Source: Chrysomallon squamiferum (Eukaryota; Animalia; Mollusca). Taken from it: a DNA stretch of 64,000 nucleotides. Location of the stretch: NCBI GenBank assembly GCA_012295275.1, contig CM022672.1, positions 25,730,001-25,794,000 of the forward strand. The letters are read 5' to 3'. The translations under genes were made by a program, and so were the position numbers. Positions 1 through 12,600 of this stretch are shown in pieces; position 1 is the first letter of the stretch, and the number at the start of each line of letters is the position of its first letter. The notes below the pieces were generated by a model. The model had not been told where the DNA came from. It worked only from the letters and a program-made list of their open reading frames with translations, and did no database searches.

Positions 1-1598
1 TTTAGCTATTTTTTTATTTTTTAGTTACGACTATAATTATTTCCAAGTTACATACTGTTTCAAAACATCTGAACAATGGTGTCAACTGGAGTGGTAACGT
101 CATCGCGTAGTTGGTGGAATGACAGTCGCTATTTTCTGACAAGAAAAGAAACTTTAAAGGAAGTAGATCCGCCCAACACGTGAAGACGTCACCCCAGATC
201 ATGTCCCAGTTTTTTGTTTTAAACTGTATTTTTGTATTGATATACATTATTACTTGACAATGGACTGTAGAAAGTAATAAACTTGGAAGAGACAGAATAT
301 TAGATTATTCTTATATTCACAAGTACCTTTAATTTGTAGTATTTTCTTATCAGCAGACGATATTTTTGTATTCGTAGCTATATAGTTTTCTTTTTAATTT
401 ACAATAATTGTTTTATTTACTATTTTAGTAAGAAAAAAAAAGTTCGGATTGATGATCATGAAATCCAGTTTCATTTTGTCTACCAAAAATAATTCGCAAA
501 CTTTTCATCTGCTGATTCATTTATGTAATAAATTCCAAATACATAATATTGGTCATGCAAAATTGTGTTTACTTGCATGATCGTGCGTAGTAATAACAAT
601 TTAAGATTTGTGGTTAGTATGCATCTTTGGTCTTCAATTATCCAATTACACTTAATTAACTGAAATAAACAAACGAGAAAGACATTTTCTTTTTCAGATT
701 TTCTTTTATTTATAGACATAAATAAAGATGTGAATGTACAACTGGCGAAATCTACACTACTATTTACAAAACATAAATACGTACATATGTACCAATAACA
801 AAACTTATGACTAACAACATCACTGCAATAACGGACTTGCAGCTAATTTCAGTGTTTGTGTATGCAGCCTAAGAAATACAGAGAACAGCTAATTGTGTTT
901 GTGTAAAATATTCTCTGATGCATGAAATGTTTATTATATTTTATCTAAAATACAAAACTGGCAAAAATACAACAAAGAAAAAATATGGAAAAAGGAAAGA
1001 GAAACAGGGAAAAAAATATGTTCAAAAAAGAAGAAAAGCGAGTTTGATAGAAAAGATTTTGTGAAAATATTTATGTACACGTATTTACAAAATAAGGGAG
1101 ACGACTAGTCATGGAGTGAACCGACTACACAAAAGAACTGTTGTCAGAACAAACACATTTGTTTTGCATTAATATCTCCCTCAGCACTAATAACAACAAA
1201 TCCACTGTTTTCAGTAGCTAAATTGAAAAACGTGGTTTTGATTGAGCTCAAGTAATTCTTAACAAAAAAATAACAAAGCCCTGAAATATGAAATATGAAA
1301 TGTGAAATTTCATACTCACAAAAAAAAAATTAATAAATAAGAAATAAAAACTAAAAATTGAGAAAAACTAAAATGCAAATAGCAAAAGTTTCATTTAAAC
1401 AAGTTTAGAAAAATCTAATTTTTTATCTTTCCACTCTTGTTTTCTAAATTATTTGATGTAAACTATTACACCACTTCTTTTTTTCCTTTTATCATGACCT
1501 CATAGCCATGTGTCCCAAGCCACAAAAATAATTAAAAAACATAAATTAAAAAAAAATAAAAGTTCAAAACGATACAATGATTGTCTAATAGATTATGA

Positions 1599-1798
1599 TT
1601 AGATGATGACACCACAAGATGAAATTTCACTAGAACTGTAGTACTCCAGATTTCCTCTTAGAGATCTCACTCGCTGTTCCAACAAACTTTTCCAAGTGCA
1701 TTTCTCCTCCGAACTAGGAGCACGGTATGTAATGCGTCGCTGGACAGGGATACCAGTACATGGACTCTTTGGACATGTGTGCAGAACAAATTCTGTAG
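1599..1798 (-). CDS. PsGEF: Terminal coding exon: PH domain C-terminal part and tail (ATEFVLH...EEKCTWKSLL...SCGVII*)
   Basis: Acceptor ttgatag|CT in phase 1 with the upstream G; PH-type C-terminal helix with Trp; TAA stop at 1599-1601. Confidence 0.9.
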
Positions 1799-4700
1799 CT
1801 ATCAAGAAAAAAACAAATGTTAATTAATAAACAGGTTATTCAGGATTTACATGCACATATGTTCTGAGAGAATAAATAATAAATATCTATTATTTAAAAA
1901 AAAAAAAATTTTGGGTGTAAAAAAAACCATTCATACATCATTTGATCATTTTAAAAATAATTACATTTGTGGTCAAATTCCATGGCTTTTGAATATGAAA
2001 AAGCACATTAATGTATTAAGTGATAATTTTAATAATTAAAAAGACTTCATAACTAAAAAAATATTACTGTGTGTGCATCTTGCAACAGTAGACAATATAC
2101 ACATTATATTTAAATATTAATGATGAGACCGAATGTAACATACCATGTTTGCGCTGTGACTCGATGCCACAAATTTCTCTGAGAAAGAGTGGTTCACTGG
2201 AGACATGCAGATAATTATCTCGTTCAACATCAACTTCCAGCATGACATCAGAGAACAACAACATGTGACATTTAATCCACTGGTGACCTGCCCACTTGAA
2301 CATCTCACCACGATAGATAAGATGGCGTTCTTCTTGACACAATTGAAATACCTGTAACAATAAATACAGTTAATAATAAAATAATGCACAAGCTCACAGT
2401 AACAATTAACAGAATAAAGAATTCAACGACTTCTCCTGTGATATAATAGTCTACATAGATTGTTCTTAATAATCTACAAAGAATGAGTCATCTGCTACTG
2501 TTACAAATCTACTAAGAATGAGTCGTCTGCTGCCCAATAAATCTTTACTATAAATTAGTTGATATTAATAATAATCTACAAAGAATGAGTCTGTTGATAC
2601 TGTCAAAACTCCATTAACAATAGTTTGTTGATGTTATTAATGATCTATTAAGAATGAGTCTGCTGATTATGCTTCAGATTATTCTAATTATATTGCTAAT
2701 GAGCAGTTTAAGCTTAAATGCACCTGATGAAATTAGATTTCTGATTCAAGGTATTATATATTATAGATCCCAAAAACAGCATTTAATTTTCTAAATCCAT
2801 TGTTCATTATGGAAAACTGAGCCAAACTATAATCAGTTTTAAATCCTTCATTAACAGATTTTGACACTGATTTGATGTGACACTAATTCTAATTCAACAG
2901 TAATAAAGTTAATCCTTTTAATCTCATTTACAATTTTGCAACTGTTTAACTAATTGTATTATTTATTTATTTAAAAACTGCCACTTTATTTCTTTAAACA
3001 CTAATACAAATGACATTTTGATTTATGGTCAATTTTTTTTTTTTTTTTTAATTTTATATTGCTTATATTTATTATTATTACTATCCTGTTAATGTGATTT
3101 TTTTAGTACTTACAGGTATATTCTGAGAGAAAACCAGACGATCTTGAATTCTCATCACTTCTGAGTCAACAGATCTAATTGTGTCCATTGATCTCGAGGT
3201 GGGTATGGTGGGTTGGTGTGATGATGTACTGCTGCCACTGGATCCACCACTAGATGATGATCCAGTCTTCATGCTGCAACCCTTGCTACTGTTCTTACTT
3301 TGTGATGACAATGACGTCAGACTAGGCACACGACAACCACTGTTTGTGATGTTGTTTACACAACTACGCATTCCTGAAAATTAAAAAAAGAATAAATTTA
3401 ATAAAATATAGAATATATGTAATAAATAAATTTATTGTAGATGTTTGTTGTTGGTATTTAATTTATTTGTTATTATTAGAATTTCTCTTTAAAATGACCG
3501 AATCTTAATATCTCAAAAAATATTAAAAAAATATTAAAAAAAAAATTAAATTTCTTGTGGACATGTGAAATAAAGATGCAGTTTTATAAATGAAGACATC
3601 TATAAAAATTAATGATAATATAAAGAAAAATATAAACAGTATTGATAATATAAAGGAAAATAAGAACTTACCATCGACAACTTGTGTTAGTGTGAAATGG
3701 TCTGCTCCATCTGACTGGGTGTTGGAGTAGATATCCTGTAGGACTTGGAATAATTCTTTAATATGCTGAATGGGACGATAGACAAAGGCACTAATGGATG
3801 GCTGGCCTTCTTCAAGTTTTGGTTCCTGTAACATAAAAATTAATATTTAGTTCACATACAAATAATAAATATATCTATTATAAATCTTATCAATGTTTAA
3901 AGACTCATAGCACTGTTTTCAGTTAAATTCAGAAAGGCATTTATTTTCCAGTAACACATCAAATGAAAATTTTATTTATTTTCTTTTTTTGAGGTGCTTG
4001 TTAATACAGATAAATATCACCAATTTACAATGACTATAGCTCTTTTTGCAAACAGTGAACTGAAATTTTTAAAATTCTATTTTGGAAAACTTATTTACCT
4101 TGACAAATCTCATAAAATCTTGGTTCTTTTTTTGATCACTCAGGACAGCATTAGCATCACCAAGACCAGAAGCGTATGTTTCATAGGCCTGACACAACAT
4201 GTGAACCTTGGACTGGTAAATAAGACCAACAGCATTGATGAAGTTAGTGCTGCCATCTGTTGACTGTGATGTGTCTGTGTCTGAATAAGCAGACGGCATG
4301 TTGTCCTGCATCTGTTTGATGTGGTACTCAGAAAAGGTTACCAACTGAAAGTAAAAAACATATTTGTTAAAACCAAAATCAAAATTTATTTATTTAGTAA
4401 ATCATGTCATCTCTATGTATATATATTTTTTAGATATAAAATCCAGAGAATATGAATATTTTTAAAGCCTTTTTCAAGTGAGAAGCTAAATTTTATTAAA
4501 CCTTTTCTTTTTTAAACAGATTTTAAAAAATATTATAATAACATCAACACATATTTGCACTATTTCCATTTCTAACGATACTAGAAATTTTTATATATAC
4601 ACTGTTTATGTAACAGTCAAATTAAGAATTATTTAGTAATGTTTCAAAAGACTACATAAGTACAAAACAAATTTAACAATACCTTCTCAATATTCTGGAA

Positions 4701-7700
4701 GAGAGCTTTGTGCTGCTGTGCAGACAGGATGCAGTGACGAAGAGGTCGTGAGTAGCGCTGCATGCCTGCATGCATAAAGTCAATAAAATCAAGTTCCAGA
4801 CTCAGAAGTCGATGAACAGCTTCTTGTTTCTTCTGTTCTGCAAAACGTCCTGTGTAGGCAGTCTGCAATAAGAAAATACAATAAAACATTGTTTTATGTC
4901 AAAAACACACACAATTCTCTAAAATAAATAGCATGAGTTGAAAATAAGGAATGATAATTTTACTAGAAAATACAGCTCCAAGTTTGTTTGTTTTTTATTA
5001 TTATAATAAATAGAGTAGAAAATTTAAATATTTCAAAATTATTAACAAAATACTGATTATCTAGAAATAATTGATTGAAAGTTTTATCAAATGTATTAAT
5101 TGTTTATGAAAAACAAAGTAAATAATGAGATTGCTGTACTCTTTACATAAATTAAATAAGACACCTTGATATACATCTAGTAAGATACTTACTCTGTGAC
5201 CTTTGTGTAACAGAAGTGGAAGTGGGGTGCTGGTAGGGAGCCCATCTAGAGAAAACGTATATTCTGGTTCATCCAAAAAACCTGGGTCTTCATCCACTGA
5301 AATGCAGTTTTCTTTTGTTTCCTCAACATCACCATCAGACGAATCATGGTCATCCGCAGAATTGTTGTGAATTGTCTCGTAAATTGGAGCTGCAGGTTTC
5401 CATGGTGATTTATCAAAGGTTTCTATGGAAACTTCTCTCTGACGCTGAACATCAAGAACAAGTTTTGTGCCACTTCTCCTGTAATGAAAATAATTTGGTT
5501 ATAATTTTATAAACAAAATATATCTAAACATTAACTGTTATTTTATAACTTCCTATTTTCCTATACTATCTAACCATCTGTTAATGTTAAAGTCAGTTTT
5601 TGCAGTAATTTTTTTTCTTCTGATAAATCATAATTTGATTGGGATAAAGTATTTAATTTTCGAATACAAAGCCTCATCAAAATATTATTTCAAATTATAA
5701 ATTGATTACATTTATTTGATTTTCATCAGTTATTTAAAATACAAGGGAAAATAAATTATTTAGAACTTACTTGACCAGTTTAGCAACACTGACACAGGTT
5801 GACCGGGATACATTCTGACCATTGACTTTAATAATATAGTCTCCTTTTTTCAGTCCACCCATCTTAGCTGGAGATGCATCATCTACTCTGCCAACTTTTA
5901 CAGGGAATGAATCAACAACTGAAAAACCATATCCATTCTTGCCTCGATACATGTGAACCTGAGTAAAGGAAAACAAAAAAAAATGTTTAATATTCTGGTT
6001 TTCATCAATACAATTTTTTTTTAAAGAATCATTTAAGTATTTAAAATATTATTACAAATTTGTAATTGATAAAGTTCTTTATTTATAAATCTGTTAAAAT
6101 ATTTAACAAATATGAACTATGTATTTAATTTTATAAATAATTCTGAAAATTTGTTTTTAAAATAGTTTTCATAACCACAAAAGTAATAAATAAATCTAAT
6201 AAACTTACTGTGACAGGTTCCATTCCTAACACATCTTTGTTTATAACAGGAATATGTGGGTGATCTGAAATAAAAAAAATGTATTTTGTTAGAATTTAAT
6301 TATAAATAATCTTTATTATTACTTTAAACATACTGCTGCATATTAATTCATTATAGATATTTTTCTCTTTTACTGGACTACTTAAATAAAATTAATGAAG
6401 GTTGTAGAAATAATTCTGAGAACAGCATGTAATTTTTATCATTTGATCCATATACATATATATAAATATAATACAAAAAAATAAACCTACTTCTAGCTTT
6501 AAGTGCTGCTGAAGATCTCAGTTTGTTAGAAACTTGAAGATGTTTCTTACGGCCAACCTCTTCTGTGAGCAAGTAGTACCAACCATTTACTTCCTGCAGA
6601 AAAAAATTAAATAAAAATGTTAAACTAAAATATAATACAGTTTTATTAGTTACATGCAGAAACAATAACAAATAAAATTATCTTAAAATGATTTGGCTGT
6701 TTAAACATCTGAAGCATTTATAAATAAAATAATGATTTATATGTAAAATTAATATAAGATTTGCTGACATGTACATGAATAAATAAAAATATCTAAGATA
6801 AATAACATTTATATTTTGAAACAAGTTTACATTTCAACTGGAATAATAAAAATCAGATGGAGTGGAAAGAATATTTCTATCATTCAAAGTAAAACATAAA
6901 ATGGAAGTATTTATGTACAGATAATCTAAAATATAAAATGAAGTAAGAGTATTTACCTTATTGGGATTCATGAGATGTTTGACACCGAATGACATACATC
7001 CAAGGAACTCACTCAAACTGGAAGAAACAAGATGTTGTTGTGATATACTGTACAAATTCACATTTACATTGGTCTTACTACAACAAGTTATGGTTTTCTT
7101 GAACATGATGCAAGCAACTGACTTTCTCTACAACAAACTAATTAATGCTCAATCTACTGAGCTCTCCTGGTTTTATGTCCATCTCAAAATGAATTTGTCA
7201 CCTGTGATTATTACAGTGTGAAAAGATAAAAATAGGCACACATACCAATATTTTTAATTTGGTTTGGTTTGCCTATTGCACAGGTGTAATAGAGTTATTC
7301 CTCTTTGATGTAAACTCCTGTCAAAACATTGTCTGGGTTTGCTCTGCAGACTAAATGTTATTTTTAACTGTTTTTGTTTTATTAATGGACTGCTGTGATT
7401 GGCATTCAGAATAAAATAAAGATCATGATGTGTTATTGTCAATGTTTTATTCTGCTGAACACAAACAACTTACTGTAAGTGTAAATAGAGAACACTGACT
7501 GCATTCTATGTTTAAACTCTTTTAACAAACTGATAGACAAAAGGAAGTGATTTACAATGAATAAATTTCCATCTTCAAAGAGTTTTACAGAAACTTTACA
7601 AAGAACAGATGATCTTATTAAACTATCAGATATTGCAATTTGGATGTCTAATTGTAATTATGTTTTTTGGTTGTATAAAATTATTATAAACACATTTTTT

Positions 7701-9599
7701 TTATCCCATTTCAGTGTATGTAGGAAGTTTCTTTTAATGTAAACAATTAGGTTTTCAAATAAAAATATTAAGACTGATACAAAGAAAACTGATAGAAATA
7801 ATAATAATAATAAATAAAAATAGTAAAAACTAAAATAATAATAATTTAAAAAATGAAATGAATAATAATAATAATAAACTGAGTACTTACGTTCCAGATT
7901 CATCTTTGTGCCAAACAGAAACAAGGAGTCTTTTATTGTGATCTTCTTCTAGTAGTTCACTGAAAATTTTAATTAAAATTTTATTTAAAACACATCCCTA
8001 ATAAATTATTACAAACTAATTTGGATATATTTAGCAAAATCCATTTATTGTCCATTAAAACCATTGATTAAAATGTTACTAATAATATTGTTAAAAATTA
8101 ACCCTGCAACAACAATAATATTAATTAAAAATAATAATTATAATTATAAACACTTAATACTACTGCTACTAATAATAATAGTAAATAAATAAATAAATAC
8201 TACTATTAATAATAATAATATAAATATTAATACAATAAAGTAAGTCAGGAAATTTAGCTTTTAATGCACAAAACATTTTTATTAAAAAAGAAATCTTTAA
8301 AAACCGCAGATCAAAGTAAATGTTAAGTAGACAAAATTTGCTAAGACTAATTGCTTTTATCACAGAAATCAGACTGCTGTGATCAGGTGAGAAAAAAGCA
8401 GGTAGATGTGAATTATTATTTCTGGACATCACAGGGTTTGTACTAATCACATTCACACACATGAGTGAGACTTTGTTAGCAAACACTGGACAGTGAGCTG
8501 ACCAGACATGTACATTGGCTATTAGTAAAGATGTAGTGCTGTAGAAATGAATTTGTCCTGACTGTCTGCCACCCTTAACAGTACAGATCTCACACATATA
8601 AAACAACAGCAATTTGCACCAATAACTCACTTATTGTACTTGCAGAAAAAACTAAATATTCTTTTCAGTTAGTTTTTTAGTTTCACACAAGATGTTATAC
8701 TGGTGCGGGAAGTTATAGCTTGTAGATTTAATTTCTGCTGGCTTTTATTTTTATCATTATTATAATCATTATATTATTATCACAACCACTACTGTTGTTA
8801 CTATTATTACTATTATTATTATTATTATTATTATTATGGAAGAAATTGTATTATTTTTCTAGTAAATATTAATATATTAGGAAAATTTAAAAAAGATAAA
8901 CTTACAAAGAAAATTTTTCATCAAAGTCTGGGTTATTTGAGTTTTGTACAATTCCAGTCTTGCATCGAGTTCGTCTTGAATCATCAGGCACAAGAGACAT
9001 CTAAAACAGAAGATACAATGTAGAATGTTTTTTTCCAAACAAAAAAAACATTACCATGCAGAGGTAACCTTCAGTTAATTTGTTTTAATTGTTCGTTGAA
9101 AAATCTAGTTATTTTGCTTCTATATCAGTTTTCAGAAATATATATATATATATATATTTTTCAGCATAATTATACAGCATAACTGTATTATTCCTTTCAC
9201 TTTCATTTTGAAAACCACAACAAAGTTTAGATTTTTCACCTTGTTAATTACTTCCAGTTAATAGAGAATTCAGTATTCCATGCATAAGAAAACAAGTGAC
9301 CATAATGCAAGCCTATGTTAATGCTAGGCTTTGCTTGCCAAGCTACTGCAAGAGATACAGATGCTACTCTTTTTCTTGGCAGGATATACTCCTTGTCAAA
9401 ACACTGAACTAGAATCACATACTACTAATAATCAGAACTTATTCCTTTTCACTGACATTAAATGAATAAAATTGTTTATTATGAATTTGTAAAATCTAGA
9501 TTATGGCTTTTGAAAAGATGACTTACCTTTGCATATGCGTCACATACAGGTTTCCAGTTAGAAGATAAGTTTCGTCCCTGGACAACTGAAATAAGAATG

Positions 9600-9648
<49 letters not shown>

Positions 9649-12600
9649 CAATCATAATAAAACATATATATATCAATAAAGTGAAGTTCTATTCATAAAC
9701 ATAAAATGTATGATAATATTATGAATCTATAACAGATGGGTTTTTTTTAATGAAAATGTAATAAATATTAAAAATTATTTTAACATATTTATTTCAGTTA
9801 TTTTATGATATATACTTGTATATTACATTCTTTTTAATTTTTCAAATAAAAGAAATTATCCAAAAATATAAAGAGAGAAAACTGACTTACCATGAACAGT
9901 CAGCAGACCAAAATTCATATAAGCAGATATTTTAAGTTGACCTGAAAGTAAAACAAATATAAGTTAAATATAGGACAAGATATCTGCATATGTAGAAATA
10001 TAATAAAAACAAATTAAAATGTTACATGTAGTATGCACTACATATGATACATGATTCTTAACTATCTCACCTTTCTGAAAAAATACAGATCTTCTACTCA
10101 TTTGATCCTGTGATGAATCAGTACTCTCAGATCCATAGAGGACCATACTGTTACAAAGATAGTATTTTACTGAGGGAAGGGGACAAAAAGACAAGCTGTG
10201 GAAGAACAGGTGAAAAAAGCACTACTCAGTTTATCTTTGCTCTATTACCAAATGGTTATATATGGGTGGAGTACAACTATTTACAGAGCTTGGTCTAATT
10301 ACAGGTGTGTTGTTACAAGACCTGACAACTAGATATTCCTCACTGACCAGTGGACAGTGTGTTGTATGCAGCATTCTGATTGGTCCCTGTTGGGGGTTGA
10401 TTGGGATTGGCAACCAAAGGTTGATTGGGTCTGGCAGGATTGATTGACTAGTTGATCTGGTTCAATGAATGTTATTGTTTATTGTCTTGAGTGAATCTGA
10501 TGGGTATGGCATAATAAACTGATGTATATGTTGTCTACTGTTATTGCAACTGATCTGACACAATACTGTTCAAATATATTGGTCAAGTGGTCTAATAACT
10601 GACACCTCTAAAAGATATTATTTATGTGCCTTACCGTACAATGTCAGTACTGTACTGGATACTGGAAAAGGCAGGTTATTTTGTGTTTGTTTATTAGAAA
10701 AATGTGGATTTAGCAATATATATTTTATATAACATAGAAGAAAAACAAATTTTAGTTTGTCTTTTTTATACTACAGTATGTGAACATCTAGAGAAGCATT
10801 ATAATATCTGATATATATATTTTTATAATTAAATATAATCTGATAAAAAATGTATTTTTATTTTATTTTATTTTATTTATTTATTTTATTGATCCTATAA
10901 CATCCTAAATTTATTATTATTTATAAAAAAAGAAATACTTATTTCAAATAAAGCTAACATTTTGTAAGTCAAAACAATTTTTATTGTTTTTCTGTCATAA
11001 AATATTTCTTTTACTATGACATCCAATATCAGTAACAATATGTTTTCTTTAATAAAAACACCACAGGAAGTATAGAAAATAAAAAATCCACAAAATGAGA
11101 AAAGAACAAAAAACAAAATACAAAACATTAAAAAATCCTACAAAACATAAAAAGGAATTAAATTTGTTTGAATGGCTGAATTTCAAATTTTTATTTATAC
11201 CCAAATTTTAAAAAAGAAAGGAAAAAAAAGATTAAATTGTATCCAATTATATATTTTTTTTTTTAACACAGAATCACAATAAGAATCTGACTATAAAATA
11301 TATTTTACTACTGCACGCCATTCTTTTGTAACTGGGTAGACATTTGTAGCACGCGACTAAACTAACCATGGCCAATCAGATGACAGTATTAACAGCAGGT
11401 GCACGTGCCACCTTTCCAGTACAAACAACTTGTTGTCAGTTAACTGTCACATTGTTCGTGCAATGAAAAGATGGGCCTCCACCTGTCAGGTATAGTTTAC
11501 TTATTCAGGTGGAAATTTTGAATTGAAGGAACACAAAACAGCTTTAGCAACAGATCTGTACAATAGTTTATTGAGACACATTAAAGTCTGATGGAATGTA
11601 ATGAGGTTTTTCAAACAAACTGAGAGAAAGCACAAAGTTAATTACACTTGTTAATTTTAATACTTTAATAAAATAGATTTTAAAAATATAATAATTACTG
11701 AACAGTTGTATTTCATCTTAGGTTTTTTTATGTTTAAAACAATTCTTTTTTACTTTTTTTTTTAAAACAATGATATTTCTGTTAAAAATTATTTTAAATG
11801 TTGTATCAAAATTAAAAAAATCTTGGTTGTAAAAAGATAATTCACAGACAGATGAACAAATATAAATAAAATAATTAATAATAATATAAATATAAAATAA
11901 TAAAAAATAAAAAATAAAAAACAATCCTATTTGATATCTTATACAATTTCTGCTTGTGTTTCACTAAACAAACCATATGTCAGTCAATTCCAAATGAGAA
12001 AATTGTTCTCACACTCAGGACTAACTAAATCCATATTCTGTCACAAACTTGTCATTTAAGCCTGTAATTAATCACTAGTGTGAGTGACATTATTTCACAC
12101 AGCCAGTGACACTATCTCAACAAGATAACTAAAACAACTGACACCTAACATAAGATCAGCCTCTTGTATTTCTCTCTTCTAATAACTCAGTGATGTAACA
12201 GCCATTCAAATTGACTGATAAAATATTGCATATCTCATATACACTGCTAATGGTGTATAACTTTTACTCAGCCTTATAGCATGTTTCTGTTCTGTATGTG
12301 GTAGTAATCTTTCATTTCATTCACAGTACAAACAGAATTATAGTTATATTAATAATGATGATGACAGATAGCATTATTATTATTTGCTACTACTATTCCT
12401 ACTGCTACTACTATTACTATTAATAAAAAGCTGGATAAACAAATTTGTAATTAAAATATTATTACACCGTTGAAAATGTTTTAAATACTCCTACAGAATA
12501 TATGTTTTATATAATTTTTGTTTATGTAAATTTCATACTTACAGTTATAGTTTCAGTACTAGTCTTGTACAAAAATGACCAAGCAGATCTCACTAACTAA

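Noticed and set aside
1-1598. Exact polyadenylation site of the gene
   Set aside because: Several minus-strand AATAAA candidates (for example 705-710) in AT-rich DNA; cannot choose without transcript data.
1599-1616. CaaX prenylation motif
   Set aside because: The Cys is followed by four residues (CGVII), not three.
2465-2670. CRISPR-like repeat-spacer array
   Set aside because: Eukaryotic intron; the intervening sequences are related to each other and no cas genes are present.
8169-8630. 153-aa minus-strand ORF in an intron
   Set aside because: Non-ATG start, AT-rich composition, no domain; the C2 frame is complete without it.
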